Positions 8,446 through 18,574 of a stretch of DNA of 64,000 nt are shown here, in pieces. Position numbers and translations under genes: made by a program. The stretch is taken from contig MFCA01000025.1 in the NCBI GenBank assembly GCA_001775095.1, positions 22,994 to 86,993 of the forward strand, given 5' to 3'. Source of the stretch: Candidatus Curtissbacteria bacterium RIFOXYA1_FULL_41_14. Its GTDB lineage: Bacteria; Patescibacteriota; Microgenomatia; Curtissbacterales; GWA2-41-24. Below the pieces are notes generated by a model. The model was not told the DNA's origin and did no database searches. It saw only the letters and a program-made list of their open reading frames with translations. Positions within the stretch are counted from its first letter, which is position 1; every line of letters starts with the position of its first letter.

Positions 8446-10866
8446 CTATGCTGTTGATTGAGGAATTGAAAATGGGCGCGGGATTTTTTCTTTCTTTGTC
8501 GAACTCCTCTTTGCTCTTTGTGCCTCTATAACAGACCGCGTTAGGCCAACCTTTAGAACCTCGTCCATATGCTCAGTTAGAATAAATTGGAGGTCCCGTC
8601 TTACGTTTTTGGGTATTTCTTCCAAGTCCTTGGCATTGGCTTTTGGTAGAATAATGGTAGTTAATCCTGCCCGATGAGCCGCTAATACTTTCTCTTTAAC
8701 CCCACCAATTTCCAAAACTCTTCCTCGAAGTGTTACTTCACCAGTCATACCTACTCCGCGCCTTACCGCGATTTTGGTTACTGCCGAAACGAGTGCGGTT
8801 GTGATAGCAATACCAGCCGAAGGTCCTTCTTTAGGAACAGCTCCTTCGGGGACGTGAATATGGATATCGCACTTAGCAAAGAAGTTGTCTCCAACACCCA
8901 CAACTTTAGCTCTTGATTTTACATAAGAAAGAGCTGCCTGGGCGGATTCTTTCATAACATCGCCAAGCTGGCCCGTTAGTATCAAATGGCCCTTACCTGG
9001 CATAAGCGTAACTTCAACGAATAAAATCTCGCCTCCCGCAGGAGTTACGGAAAGGCCGGTCGACATGCCGACTTCATCTTTTGTTTCGGCAATAGTCTTG
9101 GAGAACTTAAACGGTCCAAGATAACTATGGAGTTGCTTGGGGCTGACTTTAATTTTTTTCTGTTTGTTGTTTGAGGCGAATTTTTTAGCGACTTTTCTCA
9201 AGATAGCGGCAATTTCTCTTTCCAGTTCTCTGACTCCCGCTTCCCGTGTATACCTTGAAATAATCTCTTTGATAGCTGCATCTGAAATTTCGACTTTTTC
9301 CTTGGCTAATCCATGGGCTTCAAATTGTTTTGGTTTAAGGAATCTTTTGGCAATATGGAATTTCTCTTCTTCTGTATAGCCCGGAAAGCTGATAACTTCT
9401 AACCGATCACGGAGTGCCGGCGGAATGGTATCCAGAACATTAGCAGTCGTAATAAACATCACGTCGGAAAGATCATAGGGAACCTCCAGGTAATGATCGG
9501 AAAAGGCATTATTTTGTTCCGGGTCAAGAGCCTCAAGAAGCGCTGAGGAGGGATCACCTCTAAAATCCGTACCAACCTTGTCGATTTCATCAAGCATAAA
9601 AACCGGATTTTTGGTGCCGGCATTTTTGATTCCTTGAATAATCCTGCCCGGAAGAGCACCGACGTATGTTCTGCGATGACCACGGATTTCAGCTTCATCA
9701 TGAATTCCGCCCAAGGAAACTCTTATAAATTTGTGGTCAAGAGCCCGGGCAATCGATTTTCCAATCGAAGTTTTACCTACCCCGGGCGGTCCAACAAAAC
9801 AAAGTATCGGTCCTTTAATTTTGCCGACTAACTTATGGACTGCCAGATATTCCAAAATTCGCTCTTTTACTTTGGGCAAACCGTAATGATCCTCTTCTAA
9901 AACTTTGGCGGCGAAATCAACGTCGGCGGACTTCTTGTTTTTCACTACCCAAGGCAGATCGACAAGCCATTCTAAATACGTTCGAAGGTAAGAAGATTCA
10001 GGATTATAAGATGACATCTTAGCCAGTCTTACGAGCTCTCTATCAGCTTTATTCTTAACTTCCTGCGGCATTGCTGCTTCTTTGATTTTCCTGCGAAATT
10101 CGGTAATCTCCCGGCCGTCTTCGTCCTCTCCTAATTCTTTTTCGATAGATTTCATCTTTTCGCGAAGGATTGCCTCTTTGGTTACCTTGCCAACTCTTTC
10201 TTGGGTCTCAGTATCGATCTTTGAAGATATTTCCAAAATCCGAATCTCACGGCTTAACAGTTCCGAAAGCCTCTCCAGCCTTGCTTTGGTATCAACCATT
10301 TCCAGAATCTGCTGTTTATCCTGGGTTTTAAGATCAATTGATGCAGAAATGATGTTTACAAGCTGGTTGGGGTCGTCAGTTGAAAAAATATGAATCGATG
10401 ACTCAAGAGTCAAAACTCCACCAAGTTCACCGTATTTTTTTATTTTATTCAGAATATTTCGGAATAAGGCTTCAATTTCCTCGGTTTTCTGGGCCAGTTC
10501 CGGTATTTCCTCGACTCTTACGGCTAAATATGGATCAATTTGGGAAAATTCTTTAAGATAGACTCTACTTAGGCCTTCAACTGCTAAATTGTATTCGTTG
10601 TCAACTTTCCAGAGTCTTCTGATTAAACCGACAGTTCCGACAGGATAAATATCGTTTGGAGCCGGGTTTTCGACCCGTGGATTTTTCTGGGCAACAAAAA
10701 CGGTAAGCCTGTCTGTTGCCCAAGCACTATCAAGGCCAAGCTTAACTTTGGGCCGGCCGACTGTTATTGGTACCATTGAAGATGGAAAAACAACTGTATC
10801 TCGAAGCGGAACTACGGGAATTTCGCTTTTTAATCTTGGTTTTTGCTGTTCTAAGAAAATAGCCAT
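8446..10866 (-). CDS. lon: ATP-dependent protease Lon
   Basis: GPPGVGKTS, GHRRTYVGALPG, PKEGPSAG, IGGVKEK. Confidence 0.97.
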   Translation of the reverse strand: MAIFLEQQKPRLKSEIPVVPLRDTVVFPSSMVPITVGRPKVKLGLDSAWATDRLTVFVAQKNPRVENPAPNDIYPVGTVGLIRRLWKVDNEYNLAVEGLSRVYLKEFSQIDPYLAVRVEEIPELAQKTEEIEALFRNILNKIKKYGELGGVLTLESSIHIFSTDDPNQLVNIISASIDLKTQDKQQILEMVDTKARLERLSELLSREIRILEISSKIDTETQERVGKVTKEAILREKMKSIEKELGEDEDGREITEFRRKIKEAAMPQEVKNKADRELVRLAKMSSYNPESSYLRTYLEWLVDLPWVVKNKKSADVDFAAKVLEEDHYGLPKVKERILEYLAVHKLVGKIKGPILCFVGPPGVGKTSIGKSIARALDHKFIRVSLGGIHDEAEIRGHRRTYVGALPGRIIQGIKNAGTKNPVFMLDEIDKVGTDFRGDPSSALLEALDPEQNNAFSDHYLEVPYDLSDVMFITTANVLDTIPPALRDRLEVISFPGYTEEEKFHIAKRFLKPKQFEAHGLAKEKVEISDAAIKEIISRYTREAGVRELEREIAAILRKVAKKFASNNKQKKIKVSPKQLHSYLGPFKFSKTIAETKDEVGMSTGLSVTPAGGEILFVEVTLMPGKGHLILTGQLGDVMKESAQAALSYVKSRAKVVGVGDNFFAKCDIHIHVPEGAVPKEGPSAGIAITTALVSAVTKIAVRRGVGMTGEVTLRGRVLEIGGVKEKVLAAHRAGLTTIILPKANAKDLEEIPKNVRRDLQFILTEHMDEVLKVGLTRSVIEAQRAKRSSTKKEKIPRPFSIPQSTA

Positions 10867-10958
10867 TTTTAAAAACTTCCTGACCTCCCTTTTTGCCGGT
10901 CTATATATTATATACGACCTTGTACAGCTTGTCTTGATCCAGCTCTACTGGAGAAAGA

Positions 10959-10996
10959 TTAGCAGTTAGAATATCACGAGTGCTAATTGATGTCAA
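10959..10996 (-). promoter_or_regulatory. Sigma70 promoter of lon overlapped by a CIRCE-like (HrcA) inverted repeat
   Basis: TTGACA-N17-TATTCT; TTAGCACTC-N10-AACTGCTAA at 10959-10986. Confidence 0.7.
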
Positions 10997-11022
10997 GCCC
11001 CGTTGGCGACTTTAAGAAGGGG

Positions 11023-11781
11023 CTAGCCCCTTCTTTTGCGGAGAAAATATAACCAAATTCCGATTAAGAACGCTAAAATGGCTACGACGTGGGCTACTTT
11101 GACTTCTCCAATCATCCAAGTATCAATTCGCCAGAATTCGACGGCAAATCTGCCGACTGCGTACAAAATCAGGTAAAGGCCGAAGACCTGTCCGGGCAGT
11201 TTGAGCTTTTTGGACAAAAATAGAAGGAGAATAAAAAATATACCATCCAAGATTGCTTCATAGAAAAAGGTTGGGTGAAAATGTGTGGAGCTTATATATT
11301 CGGCCGGTCGGTAAGCTTGATCAATAAAGATCCCCCATGGTTTATCGGTCGGAGGACCGAATCCTTCCTGGTTGATAAAATTCGCAAAACGGCCGACAGC
11401 TTGACCTAAAAGTATAGAAGGTGCCGCCAGATCAAGAATTGATAAGAAATTTACCTTTTTGACCCTTGCAATGATCCAAAAACCCAAAACCATCCCTGCC
11501 AAGGCACCTAAAATACCTAGACCCCCATTTCCGATTGCAAAAATTCTTATAAGATTATTTGAATAGTAATCCCAATAATCTACGACATGATAAACACGGG
11601 CTGTGGCAATTGCCAGGATCAGAGGAATAATTAGAATCGGATCATCGAAAAGTTTATGGGGGACTTTGTAAATGGCCGCCCTTTTTTTGGCCAAAAACCA
11701 GCCAAGAAAAATAGCAATTGCAATGACCAGGCCATAAATATGGATAGTCAACGGGCCGATTGAAATCTGTCTGAGAATCAT
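11023..11781 (-). CDS. lgt: Prolipoprotein diacylglyceryl transferase
   Basis: QAVGRFANFINQEGFG, HPTFFYE, RFAVEFWR. Confidence 0.93.
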   Translation of the reverse strand: MILRQISIGPLTIHIYGLVIAIAIFLGWFLAKKRAAIYKVPHKLFDDPILIIPLILAIATARVYHVVDYWDYYSNNLIRIFAIGNGGLGILGALAGMVLGFWIIARVKKVNFLSILDLAAPSILLGQAVGRFANFINQEGFGPPTDKPWGIFIDQAYRPAEYISSTHFHPTFFYEAILDGIFFILLLFLSKKLKLPGQVFGLYLILYAVGRFAVEFWRIDTWMIGEVKVAHVVAILAFLIGIWLYFLRKRRG

Positions 11782-12404
11782 TTAAGGCGCTTTTTGACAA
11801 AAACAGCCGAGATTAATGCAATAACTGCGCAAGTCACAATAATGTTTACTGCCAGTGAATTTGCGAATAAAATAAAGAATTGCTGGGGGAAAAGTTTTAC
11901 CAAATTATCGTGGGCAGGAAACAGCCACAACTCGTTTTTAAACAGTAATATGTGAAATTTGGTAAATATTGGTTCAAAGTCCCAAATCAGGCCAAAGGCG
12001 AGAAGACAAATTGCGAAAATAGTAACAATTGATGAGGTAAAAAATGAACTGGTTAGTCTTTTGTACTGTTTCTTAACAACAAATATTGTGGAAATAACTG
12101 CAGTTGCTACTGCGGATAAATAAAAAAGGCCGGATTCAAACTGCAGTAAGTTTTTAACATCAGCAAGGTGTAAGATGGCCTGTTTTGAGAAAAAAATGTG
12201 ATCGAGTTCATTTTTTCCTCTAAAATAGCCAAAAAGATTGTCAGTTGCCCAGTTGACAATTTCCCGATCAGCAAAAGTCTGGTAAACGCCAGTTTTTTGG
12301 TAAAGATTCTGGTAAAAGTTAAAATTTAATATGAGAAAGTGGAAATTTCCAAGTATAATTAGGAGCGGAATTAAAATAATTAAAAAATACCCGGCAATCC
12401 TCAT
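11778..12404 (-). CDS. DUF1461/TIGR01906-like membrane protein
   Basis: HLADVKNL, FTKFHILLFKNELWLFP, LVKLFPQQFF. Confidence 0.8.
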   Translation of the reverse strand: MRIAGYFLIILIPLLIILGNFHFLILNFNFYQNLYQKTGVYQTFADREIVNWATDNLFGYFRGKNELDHIFFSKQAILHLADVKNLLQFESGLFYLSAVATAVISTIFVVKKQYKRLTSSFFTSSIVTIFAICLLAFGLIWDFEPIFTKFHILLFKNELWLFPAHDNLVKLFPQQFFILFANSLAVNIIVTCAVIALISAVFVKKRLK

Positions 12405-12502
12405 TCCTATTTATTTTAACACTCCGGGGGGGCTTAATTAATTTAATTCGAGCCTTCTTAGTGAAATAGCATTGAGAACTACAATGATTGAGCTTGTGGA
12501 CA

Positions 12503-13012
12503 TCAATAGGACGACTTATTCCGTCTTATTAAATATGCAAGCGCTCCAATGATTAAAAAGGAGGAGATGATGATTGGAACCAAAACTGGTCCAACCCATG
12601 GTGTTGGAAGTAAAAAGAAAATATCAAGATCCCCAACGCTTTTTGGCCAACCAATTGTCAGCTTTAAAAAAACATAGTAGAAAATGTCCCAAATTCCGAA
12701 AGCTAAAAAGAAAAAAGCTATTTTGTCTGTCAATTTTCTGCCGACAATGGCAGCAATCGATGCTAGTATCACTAAAGTAGCTGCTTCTCTAAGACGCTCA
12801 ATGTTAAGAAGAGTCGTATCCTGAATTATTTTAACGGCAGTTTGGGGCTCCAAGAAAGCAATCCCGGGAGTTAAAAATAAAATTTCGCTTCGGTCAATAT
12901 GTGGAGGAGTAAAACCGATTCCCAGAAGATGACGGAGATAAACAACAACCGCAGCCTCGACAAAACCAAAGGCAACTGAAAAGATTAAGACTGCTAAAAT
13001 TGTTCTTGTCAT
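12503..13012 (-). CDS. Conserved hypothetical membrane protein
   Basis: VEAAVVVYLR, REAATLV, WDIFYY, PWVGPV; several TM segments. Confidence 0.75.
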   Translation of the reverse strand: MTRTILAVLIFSVAFGFVEAAVVVYLRHLLGIGFTPPHIDRSEILFLTPGIAFLEPQTAVKIIQDTTLLNIERLREAATLVILASIAAIVGRKLTDKIAFFFLAFGIWDIFYYVFLKLTIGWPKSVGDLDIFFLLPTPWVGPVLVPIIISSFLIIGALAYLIRRNKSSY

Positions 13013-13031
13013 TGATAAAACTCATTTTAAC

Positions 13032-13514
13032 TCACTGCAATTCCCATTTGAAGCTTCTTTCGTTAACATCTCCCATCTTTTCAATTCTTAGTTCGATTGA
13101 TTTAGGTTTTGGGGAAAGACGTTTAAATTTCAAAATCCCACTGCGATGATGTCCTTGCGGCGGATCACCTTCCCAAGCGACTGGAGTAAATCTATTTTCT
13201 TTATCGTCGATCAAAATCGAGATCTCGGTAAGGTTTTGATCTAAATTACCAGAGTGAGTATCCAAAACTATCTCAAAATCCCAACTTGAGGAAGATTGTG
13301 AGAGATCTTTCGGTGTAACCTTAACAGTTACCTGGCCTTCAGAGTTAGTTTGTGTGGATAAAACTTCCTGCCTGCCGGCAGACAGGCCTTGATTCGAAGA
13401 AGGAATATCTTCCCTTAAGGTTGAATTATCAGAATGATGGGAGTAAAGAATGGCGATAATAATAATAATTACTATTACTCCAACAATTAAAAAAATTGCC
13501 TTTGGATTCTTCAT
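13032..13514 (-). CDS. Membrane-anchored protein of the copper operon
   Basis: N-terminal TM; DTHS and GHHRSG possible metal ligands. Confidence 0.7.
   Translation of the reverse strand: MKNPKAIFLIVGVIVIIIIIAILYSHHSDNSTLREDIPSSNQGLSAGRQEVLSTQTNSEGQVTVKVTPKDLSQSSSSWDFEIVLDTHSGNLDQNLTEISILIDDKENRFTPVAWEGDPPQGHHRSGILKFKRLSPKPKSIELRIEKMGDVNERSFKWELQ
13367..13386. repeat. 20-bp palindrome in-frame in a CDS (GLSAGRQ)
   Basis: cctgcctgccggcagacagg, one mismatched pair. Confidence 0.7.
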
Positions 13515-13951
13515 AATCCTTTATGGTATCGAAAAACTTTATTCGCCATATAGGTGATACCGACAAGATTTGCGGCTAAACCAATCCAAAATAATTGGAC
13601 CTGATATTGCGTAACAATAGTGATTAATCCAGTGATACCCAGAATTGGTAAGATGTTCGCCAGATAGTGCGCGCAGCAGGAAATCATCGCCGCGGTCGAA
13701 GTTGTACCGGAAGCTACTAGAACCTTAGTTGATTGATTTTTATCGCTAATTAAGTTTTTAAGATAGGTGTAAAGTCCCACTTGGATTCCAAATCCAAAAG
13801 CAAGAGCTAAAATAAAATACCAAAATCGCGAGAATTGGTCCTGTGCAAACTGCCAACCTGAAATAAAAGTTACAACCGCGAAATAAAATATCAGTAGTCC
13901 CGACGCAGCCAACAGTCCTTTTGGAATTGATCCTCGAAGAATTTTCCCCAT
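13511..13951 (-). CDS. Membrane protein with SCCAH motif (copper operon)
   Basis: Four hydrophobic segments, MISCCAH. Confidence 0.7.
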   Translation of the reverse strand: MGKILRGSIPKGLLAASGLLIFYFAVVTFISGWQFAQDQFSRFWYFILALAFGFGIQVGLYTYLKNLISDKNQSTKVLVASGTTSTAAMISCCAHYLANILPILGITGLITIVTQYQVQLFWIGLAANLVGITYMANKVFRYHKGL

Positions 13952-13956
13952 ACTCT

Positions 13957-14568
13957 TCAACTTATCTTCTTAAGTTCTGCTTTCAGTTGGTCATTTCTGG
14001 TAGCCATTTGTGGATCGTCAAGAACAAAGCGGACAATACCGTCTCTATCAAGAATCAGGTATGTGTGGCCGGGATACTGACCTTTGTGCATGGAAGAAGG
14101 CAGCGAGAGCACTCCGTAATCCCTTGAGATATTTTTTGATGTATCAAGTAGAACCGTAGCAGGAGCAAGCTCTGGCATTTTACTAACCGCTTTTTTCCAC
14201 TCGTTTTGAGTATCAACCATAATATTTAAAGTAACTGTATCCTCACTGTTAAATGCACTATCTTTACCAAAAGCGGCTATTTGATTCCAGCAGGAAGGAT
14301 AACACATTGCTCCTTCAGTAAAGAAAAGCACAACCTTTTTCCCTCGATAGTCTCTGAGACTAATTTGCTTACCATCATAGCTTGTGAGTGTAAAATCAGG
14401 TGCTTCTTTATCAACCCATGAATTAAATTTGCCCTCATCTTGTGTCGTACCGGATGAATGATCCATCGTCTCCTCTTTGCTTTTACCTACCAGCAGGAAA
14501 GAAGCACCGACAATAGCCGAAATAAAAAGGGCAATCGCTGTTACTATCAAAACTGTTCGCTTATTTAT
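13957..14568 (-). CDS. Membrane-anchored thioredoxin-fold protein (AhpC/TSA- or Sco-like); start either ATA 14568 or TTG 14550
   Basis: APDFTL...LRDYRGKKVVLFF, CYPSC, TYLILDRDGIVR. Confidence 0.75.
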   Translation of the reverse strand: MNKRTVLIVTAIALFISAIVGASFLLVGKSKEETMDHSSGTTQDEGKFNSWVDKEAPDFTLTSYDGKQISLRDYRGKKVVLFFTEGAMCYPSCWNQIAAFGKDSAFNSEDTVTLNIMVDTQNEWKKAVSKMPELAPATVLLDTSKNISRDYGVLSLPSSMHKGQYPGHTYLILDRDGIVRFVLDDPQMATRNDQLKAELKKIS

Positions 14569-15452
14569 TTATCATCACCTTCCTTCCTGTTATTTTTGGC
14601 TAAATTTAAAAATTGCCTTACTGAAATTACCAGAATTATCAAAAATGCAATAAAGAAAATAATTGCCCAACCAACCTCCGGAATAATTTTTGTGTACCGA
14701 CCGATAAATTGTATCAGTCTAGTAAGATACACATTGATAGAAATCTGATAAGAAGCGTGGGCTGTTAAGTTATTGGTTAAGGCCAAATAGAAGATGAATA
14801 TTCCAAGTACCAAAAACATCAATCCTGAAAAAAGGTTGGATAGAGTCAGACGGATTCTTTTTCCAAAAAGGTTATAGCTGACTGTTTTTCTAAATGTAAA
14901 AAATTTCTGAGTAAATTTTCCTTTATCAAGAAACGCGCTTAAGATAAATAAAGGTATAACCATGCCTAGAACATAGGCCAAGGTGTATGCTCCGCCTAAA
15001 AGAAATGACCCAGGCATAGCAGCAAGTGCCAAGACTCCTGCCAACACTGGCGCGCAACAAGTCGTGGCAATTCCGGAAAATACGCCTAAGACAAAAACGG
15101 ATCCTAAGCCAGAATTCTTGAGTTGCGGATGGACTAAGACGGGGAATGAAAATTGGACTCCAGAAATTAAAGTTAGACCGAGAACAATCAAAAAAATTGA
15201 ACCCAAAGTAAAAATGACATTATGGTAGGTATTGAATAATTGACTAAGTGCTGATGCCCCAAATCCGATTGGCAAGAAAACTACTAAAAGACCAAGGAAA
15301 TAGATGAAGGTCATTAAAAATATAGTAGAGCGCTGTTTAAAGATCGAGGCAAAGTATGTGGGCAGAAGAACCGTCACGCAACAGGGAGCAAACAGGGCGG
15401 CAACACCGGCAAAAAAAGAAGCAATAAATGACGCGCTAATTAAGAGTTCCAT
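14565..15452 (-). CDS. CcdA/DsbD-type transmembrane electron transfer protein
   Basis: FAPCCVTVLLP and TTCCAPVLAGVL in a multi-TM protein. Confidence 0.85.
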   Translation of the reverse strand: MELLISASFIASFFAGVAALFAPCCVTVLLPTYFASIFKQRSTIFLMTFIYFLGLLVVFLPIGFGASALSQLFNTYHNVIFTLGSIFLIVLGLTLISGVQFSFPVLVHPQLKNSGLGSVFVLGVFSGIATTCCAPVLAGVLALAAMPGSFLLGGAYTLAYVLGMVIPLFILSAFLDKGKFTQKFFTFRKTVSYNLFGKRIRLTLSNLFSGLMFLVLGIFIFYLALTNNLTAHASYQISINVYLTRLIQFIGRYTKIIPEVGWAIIFFIAFLIILVISVRQFLNLAKNNRKEGDDK

Positions 15453-15456
15453 AATT

Positions 15457-15636
15457 TTAATGATGTTTTTCTCTATGTCCTCTCATCATTAGGATATGAC
15501 TGAGGGGACATAGGAGGAAAAGTAAAACGATTAAACTATTATTTGTAAATCCGAATAGAAGAAAAAAGCCAAAGATTAAAATTGGAGCAATACAACCAAT
15601 AATCATCAAAAGCCTATGTTTAAAAAAGTTATTCAT
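15457..15636 (-). CDS. DUF2933-like small membrane protein, 59 aa (not in the ORF track)
   Basis: MNNFFKH...GCIAP...[19 protein letters not shown]; ATGA overlap with the upstream gene. Confidence 0.8.
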   Translation of the reverse strand: MNNFFKHRLLMIIGCIAPILIFGFFLLFGFTNNSLIVLLFLLCPLSHILMMRGHREKHH

Positions 15637-15809
15637 GATAAATACTTTTCAGGGTCTTGTTTGAATTCTTCCCTACAATTTTCAGAACAAAAATAATAGG
15701 TTTTGCCTTTATAACTGTAAGTTATTGCTTTTTCGTCTTTTTCAACTTTCATTAGACAAACGAGGTCGGTTACTTTATTTGATGACTTAGTAAGAAAATT
15801 TAACTTCAT
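15633..15809 (-). CDS. YHS-domain protein, 58 aa (not in the ORF track)
   Basis: DLVCLMKV...[24 protein letters not shown]. Confidence 0.9.
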   Translation of the reverse strand: MKLNFLTKSSNKVTDLVCLMKVEKDEKAITYSYKGKTYYFCSENCREEFKQDPEKYLS

Positions 15810-18059
15810 TTAAACTTCCACTAAATTTTTTTCCGCTCGGTTTAAAAGCACGGCATTTGTGGCGACAATAATTGAGGACAGACTCATCAAAAGTGCTGCC
15901 CATTCCGGGCGCAGTGAAATACCAAACTTAGGATAGAGAATTCCGGCTGCTATCGGAATGGCCAAGAGATTATAAATTGAAGCCCAGAATAAATTTTGTT
16001 TCATTTTGGTCACCGTGGCCTTTGATAGACGGATGGCGCGTAAAACATCTGCGGGGTCTGATTTCATCAAAACCACCTTGGCTGTTTCAATAGCAACATC
16101 GGTTCCTGCTCCAATGGCAATACCAATATCTGCCTGAGCTAAGGCCGGCGCGTCATTTACTCCATCGCCAACCATAGCTGTAAATTTCCCCTCATTCTGA
16201 AGCTTTTTTACGTACTTAGCTTTGTCTTCCGGCAAAACTTCGGCAAAAACCCGCTTAATACCAAGTTGCCTGCCTATCGCCTCTGCAGTTTTTTGGTTAT
16301 CACCGGTAATCATCGCTACTTCAAGACCCAATTGTTGCATGCGATCGATAGTCTTTTTGGCGGAAGGTTTAATTGGATCGGCAGCGCCTGCAACACCTGC
16401 AACCTGACCATCCACAGCAAGAACCATAATCGTTTTTCCTTCAGAAAGTAACCGATCAATATCTTTCTGTATAGGTACCAGGTCAACGTTTTGATCATTC
16501 ATGAGCTTAACTGTTCCAACTAGGACATACTTCCCTTCAACCTGCGCTTCAACACCGTGTCCTGCAATATTTTTAAATTTCTCGACTTTTGATGGAATTT
16601 TTATGTTCCTTATTTTCACCTCTTCCAGTATCGCCTGACTTAAGGGATGACTTGATTTAGCTTCAGCCGCAGCATCGAGTCTCAGAATTTCATTTTCCGT
16701 CAGTCCTTTAACGGTAACTATATCTGTAATCTTTGGCTTACCTTCCGTTAACGTTCCTGTTTTATCTAAAACTACAGCCTGGATCTTGGAAACCTGTTCC
16801 AAAGTTGGTGCATCCTTAATCAAGATATTGTGTTTGGCACCAAGACCTGTTCCTACCGCAACAGCGGTCGGAGTTGCCAAACCGAGTGCATCCGGACAAG
16901 CAATGACAGTTGTAGAAATAGCAAAAGTCAGGGCGATAAGAATCGGTACGCCCATCACAAAGTACCAGCCTCCAAAGGCAAGCAGGCCTCCACCGACTGC
17001 GACAATAACTAAATACTGAGCAAATTTGTCTGCTATTTTTTGGCCAGGAGCTTTGGAACTCTGGGCAGTCTCAACCATTTTGACGATTTGCGCCAGCGCT
17101 GTATCTTCACCGACTTTCGTTGCCGCAAATTTGACCGATCCTGATTGATTAATAGAACCGCCAATTACTTTGTCACCTTTTACCTTAGCGACTGGAATTG
17201 ATTCACCGGTGACTAATGATTCATCAATTGCCGTTTCTCCTTCTATAATTTCTCCGTCAACTGGGACTTTATCACCAGGCTTTAGAATAATAATGTCGTT
17301 TACTTTCACTTGAGCTGTAGGTATAAGAACTTCTTTCCCTTCCCGAATAATTCTTGTTTGCGGGGGAACTAAGTTAAAAAGGGCTTGTAGAGCATCAGTT
17401 GTTCCACGCCTTGATTTCATTTCCATCCAATGGCCAAAGAGCACAAAAGTGATAAGAAGAGTCGCTGCTTCGTAATATGAATCGCTTGAACCAAGAAATG
17501 TCAAGAGTACACTGAATGCATAGGCTGCGGTGATACCTACTGCTATCAAAACTGCCATATTAAGAGTTTTTGCCTGCAGTGCTTTATAAGTCGAATAAAG
17601 AAAGATCCAACCGGAGTAGAAAAATACCGGTGTAGTTAAAATGAATAGAATCCAAGCTGCCGGAACCGGTGTTGGTAATTGCAAGTTGAAAATCTTTTCA
17701 CCTAATGGAGAATAAGCAATAATTGGGATTGAGAGGATCAGAGCAAAGAAAAACTTATTGCGAATATCTTCTTCCATTAGTTTGGCCATTTCCCGGCCCG
17801 CCAAACCCCCGTGTTCCATACCCATGGCCATAAACATTCCCATCTTAAACTTTTCCCAAAACGACATTTCGGCAACGGGTTTCATTTTGTGTTCTGCCAT
17901 TTTGTGTCCTGCGTGATTTTCTGTTTGACTTTTTGACGGCTCTAAATTCATCCCACACTTTGGGCAATGGCCGGGTTTATCGGATTTTACTTCCGGATGC
18001 ATCGGGCAAGAATATGTATTTTTGGATGACATTCTAATTGACTGCTTATGGTCATTCAT
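15810..18059 (-). CDS. Copper-translocating P1B-type ATPase
   Basis: YSCPMHP-C-C N-domain, TGES, CPDALGLATP, DKTGTLT, HP, GDGVNDAP, YN and MSLSS. Confidence 0.93.
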   Translation of the reverse strand: MNDHKQSIRMSSKNTYSCPMHPEVKSDKPGHCPKCGMNLEPSKSQTENHAGHKMAEHKMKPVAEMSFWEKFKMGMFMAMGMEHGGLAGREMAKLMEEDIRNKFFFALILSIPIIAYSPLGEKIFNLQLPTPVPAAWILFILTTPVFFYSGWIFLYSTYKALQAKTLNMAVLIAVGITAAYAFSVLLTFLGSSDSYYEAATLLITFVLFGHWMEMKSRRGTTDALQALFNLVPPQTRIIREGKEVLIPTAQVKVNDIIILKPGDKVPVDGEIIEGETAIDESLVTGESIPVAKVKGDKVIGGSINQSGSVKFAATKVGEDTALAQIVKMVETAQSSKAPGQKIADKFAQYLVIVAVGGGLLAFGGWYFVMGVPILIALTFAISTTVIACPDALGLATPTAVAVGTGLGAKHNILIKDAPTLEQVSKIQAVVLDKTGTLTEGKPKITDIVTVKGLTENEILRLDAAAEAKSSHPLSQAILEEVKIRNIKIPSKVEKFKNIAGHGVEAQVEGKYVLVGTVKLMNDQNVDLVPIQKDIDRLLSEGKTIMVLAVDGQVAGVAGAADPIKPSAKKTIDRMQQLGLEVAMITGDNQKTAEAIGRQLGIKRVFAEVLPEDKAKYVKKLQNEGKFTAMVGDGVNDAPALAQADIGIAIGAGTDVAIETAKVVLMKSDPADVLRAIRLSKATVTKMKQNLFWASIYNLLAIPIAAGILYPKFGISLRPEWAALLMSLSSIIVATNAVLLNRAEKNLVEV

Positions 18060-18072
18060 AATTACTGTTCAG

Positions 18073-18339
18073 TCACTTTTTGGAAAATTTGTTATAAAGC
18101 CAGGCAAATGCATAACCGGCTACCCAGCCAGCTGCAACAGCCGTTACAAATCCGAAAATCAGACCACCAGTATTTGGAGAAATGTATGGCAAGGTTTCCA
18201 GATCGATACCATGGATCCAGTTTCCAGAAAAGGCCATAAAACTATCTCTGGCAATTACAACCCAAGCTGCGCAGATAACATATATTGCGGCAATGATAAC
18301 TGCAAAAGCATTAGCGAGTGCCTGTTCTTTCATATTCAT
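18073..18339 (-). CDS. DUF5676-like two-TM protein
   Basis: YVICA, WIHG, AWLYN. Confidence 0.7.
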   Translation of the reverse strand: MNMKEQALANAFAVIIAAIYVICAAWVVIARDSFMAFSGNWIHGIDLETLPYISPNTGGLIFGFVTAVAAGWVAGYAFAWLYNKFSKK

Positions 18340-18350
18340 TAAGTCTTTTT

Positions 18351-18569
18351 TTAGCGACCTTTATCGCCTTTCTTCCAGAGCCAACGGATTAAAGCGATTA
18401 AGACAACGATAACCAATATCCAAGTTGCTAACCACAAAATCCCAAAAAACCAAAAAGCACCGGTATTACCTCCCATCCAGCCCATCATCGGGTGATGACC
18501 CCAAAAATAACCATTATCATAACCTTGCGGCGGGGGACTTGCACCATAACGCATCATGTCACCAAACAT
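18351..18569 (-). CDS. Small Met/His/Gly-rich membrane protein
   Basis: GGAGGTGA SD; HHPMMGWMGG then one TM. Confidence 0.75.
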   Translation of the reverse strand: MFGDMMRYGASPPPQGYDNGYFWGHHPMMGWMGGNTGAFWFFGILWLATWILVIVVLIALIRWLWKKGDKGR

Positions 18570-18574
18570 TCATC

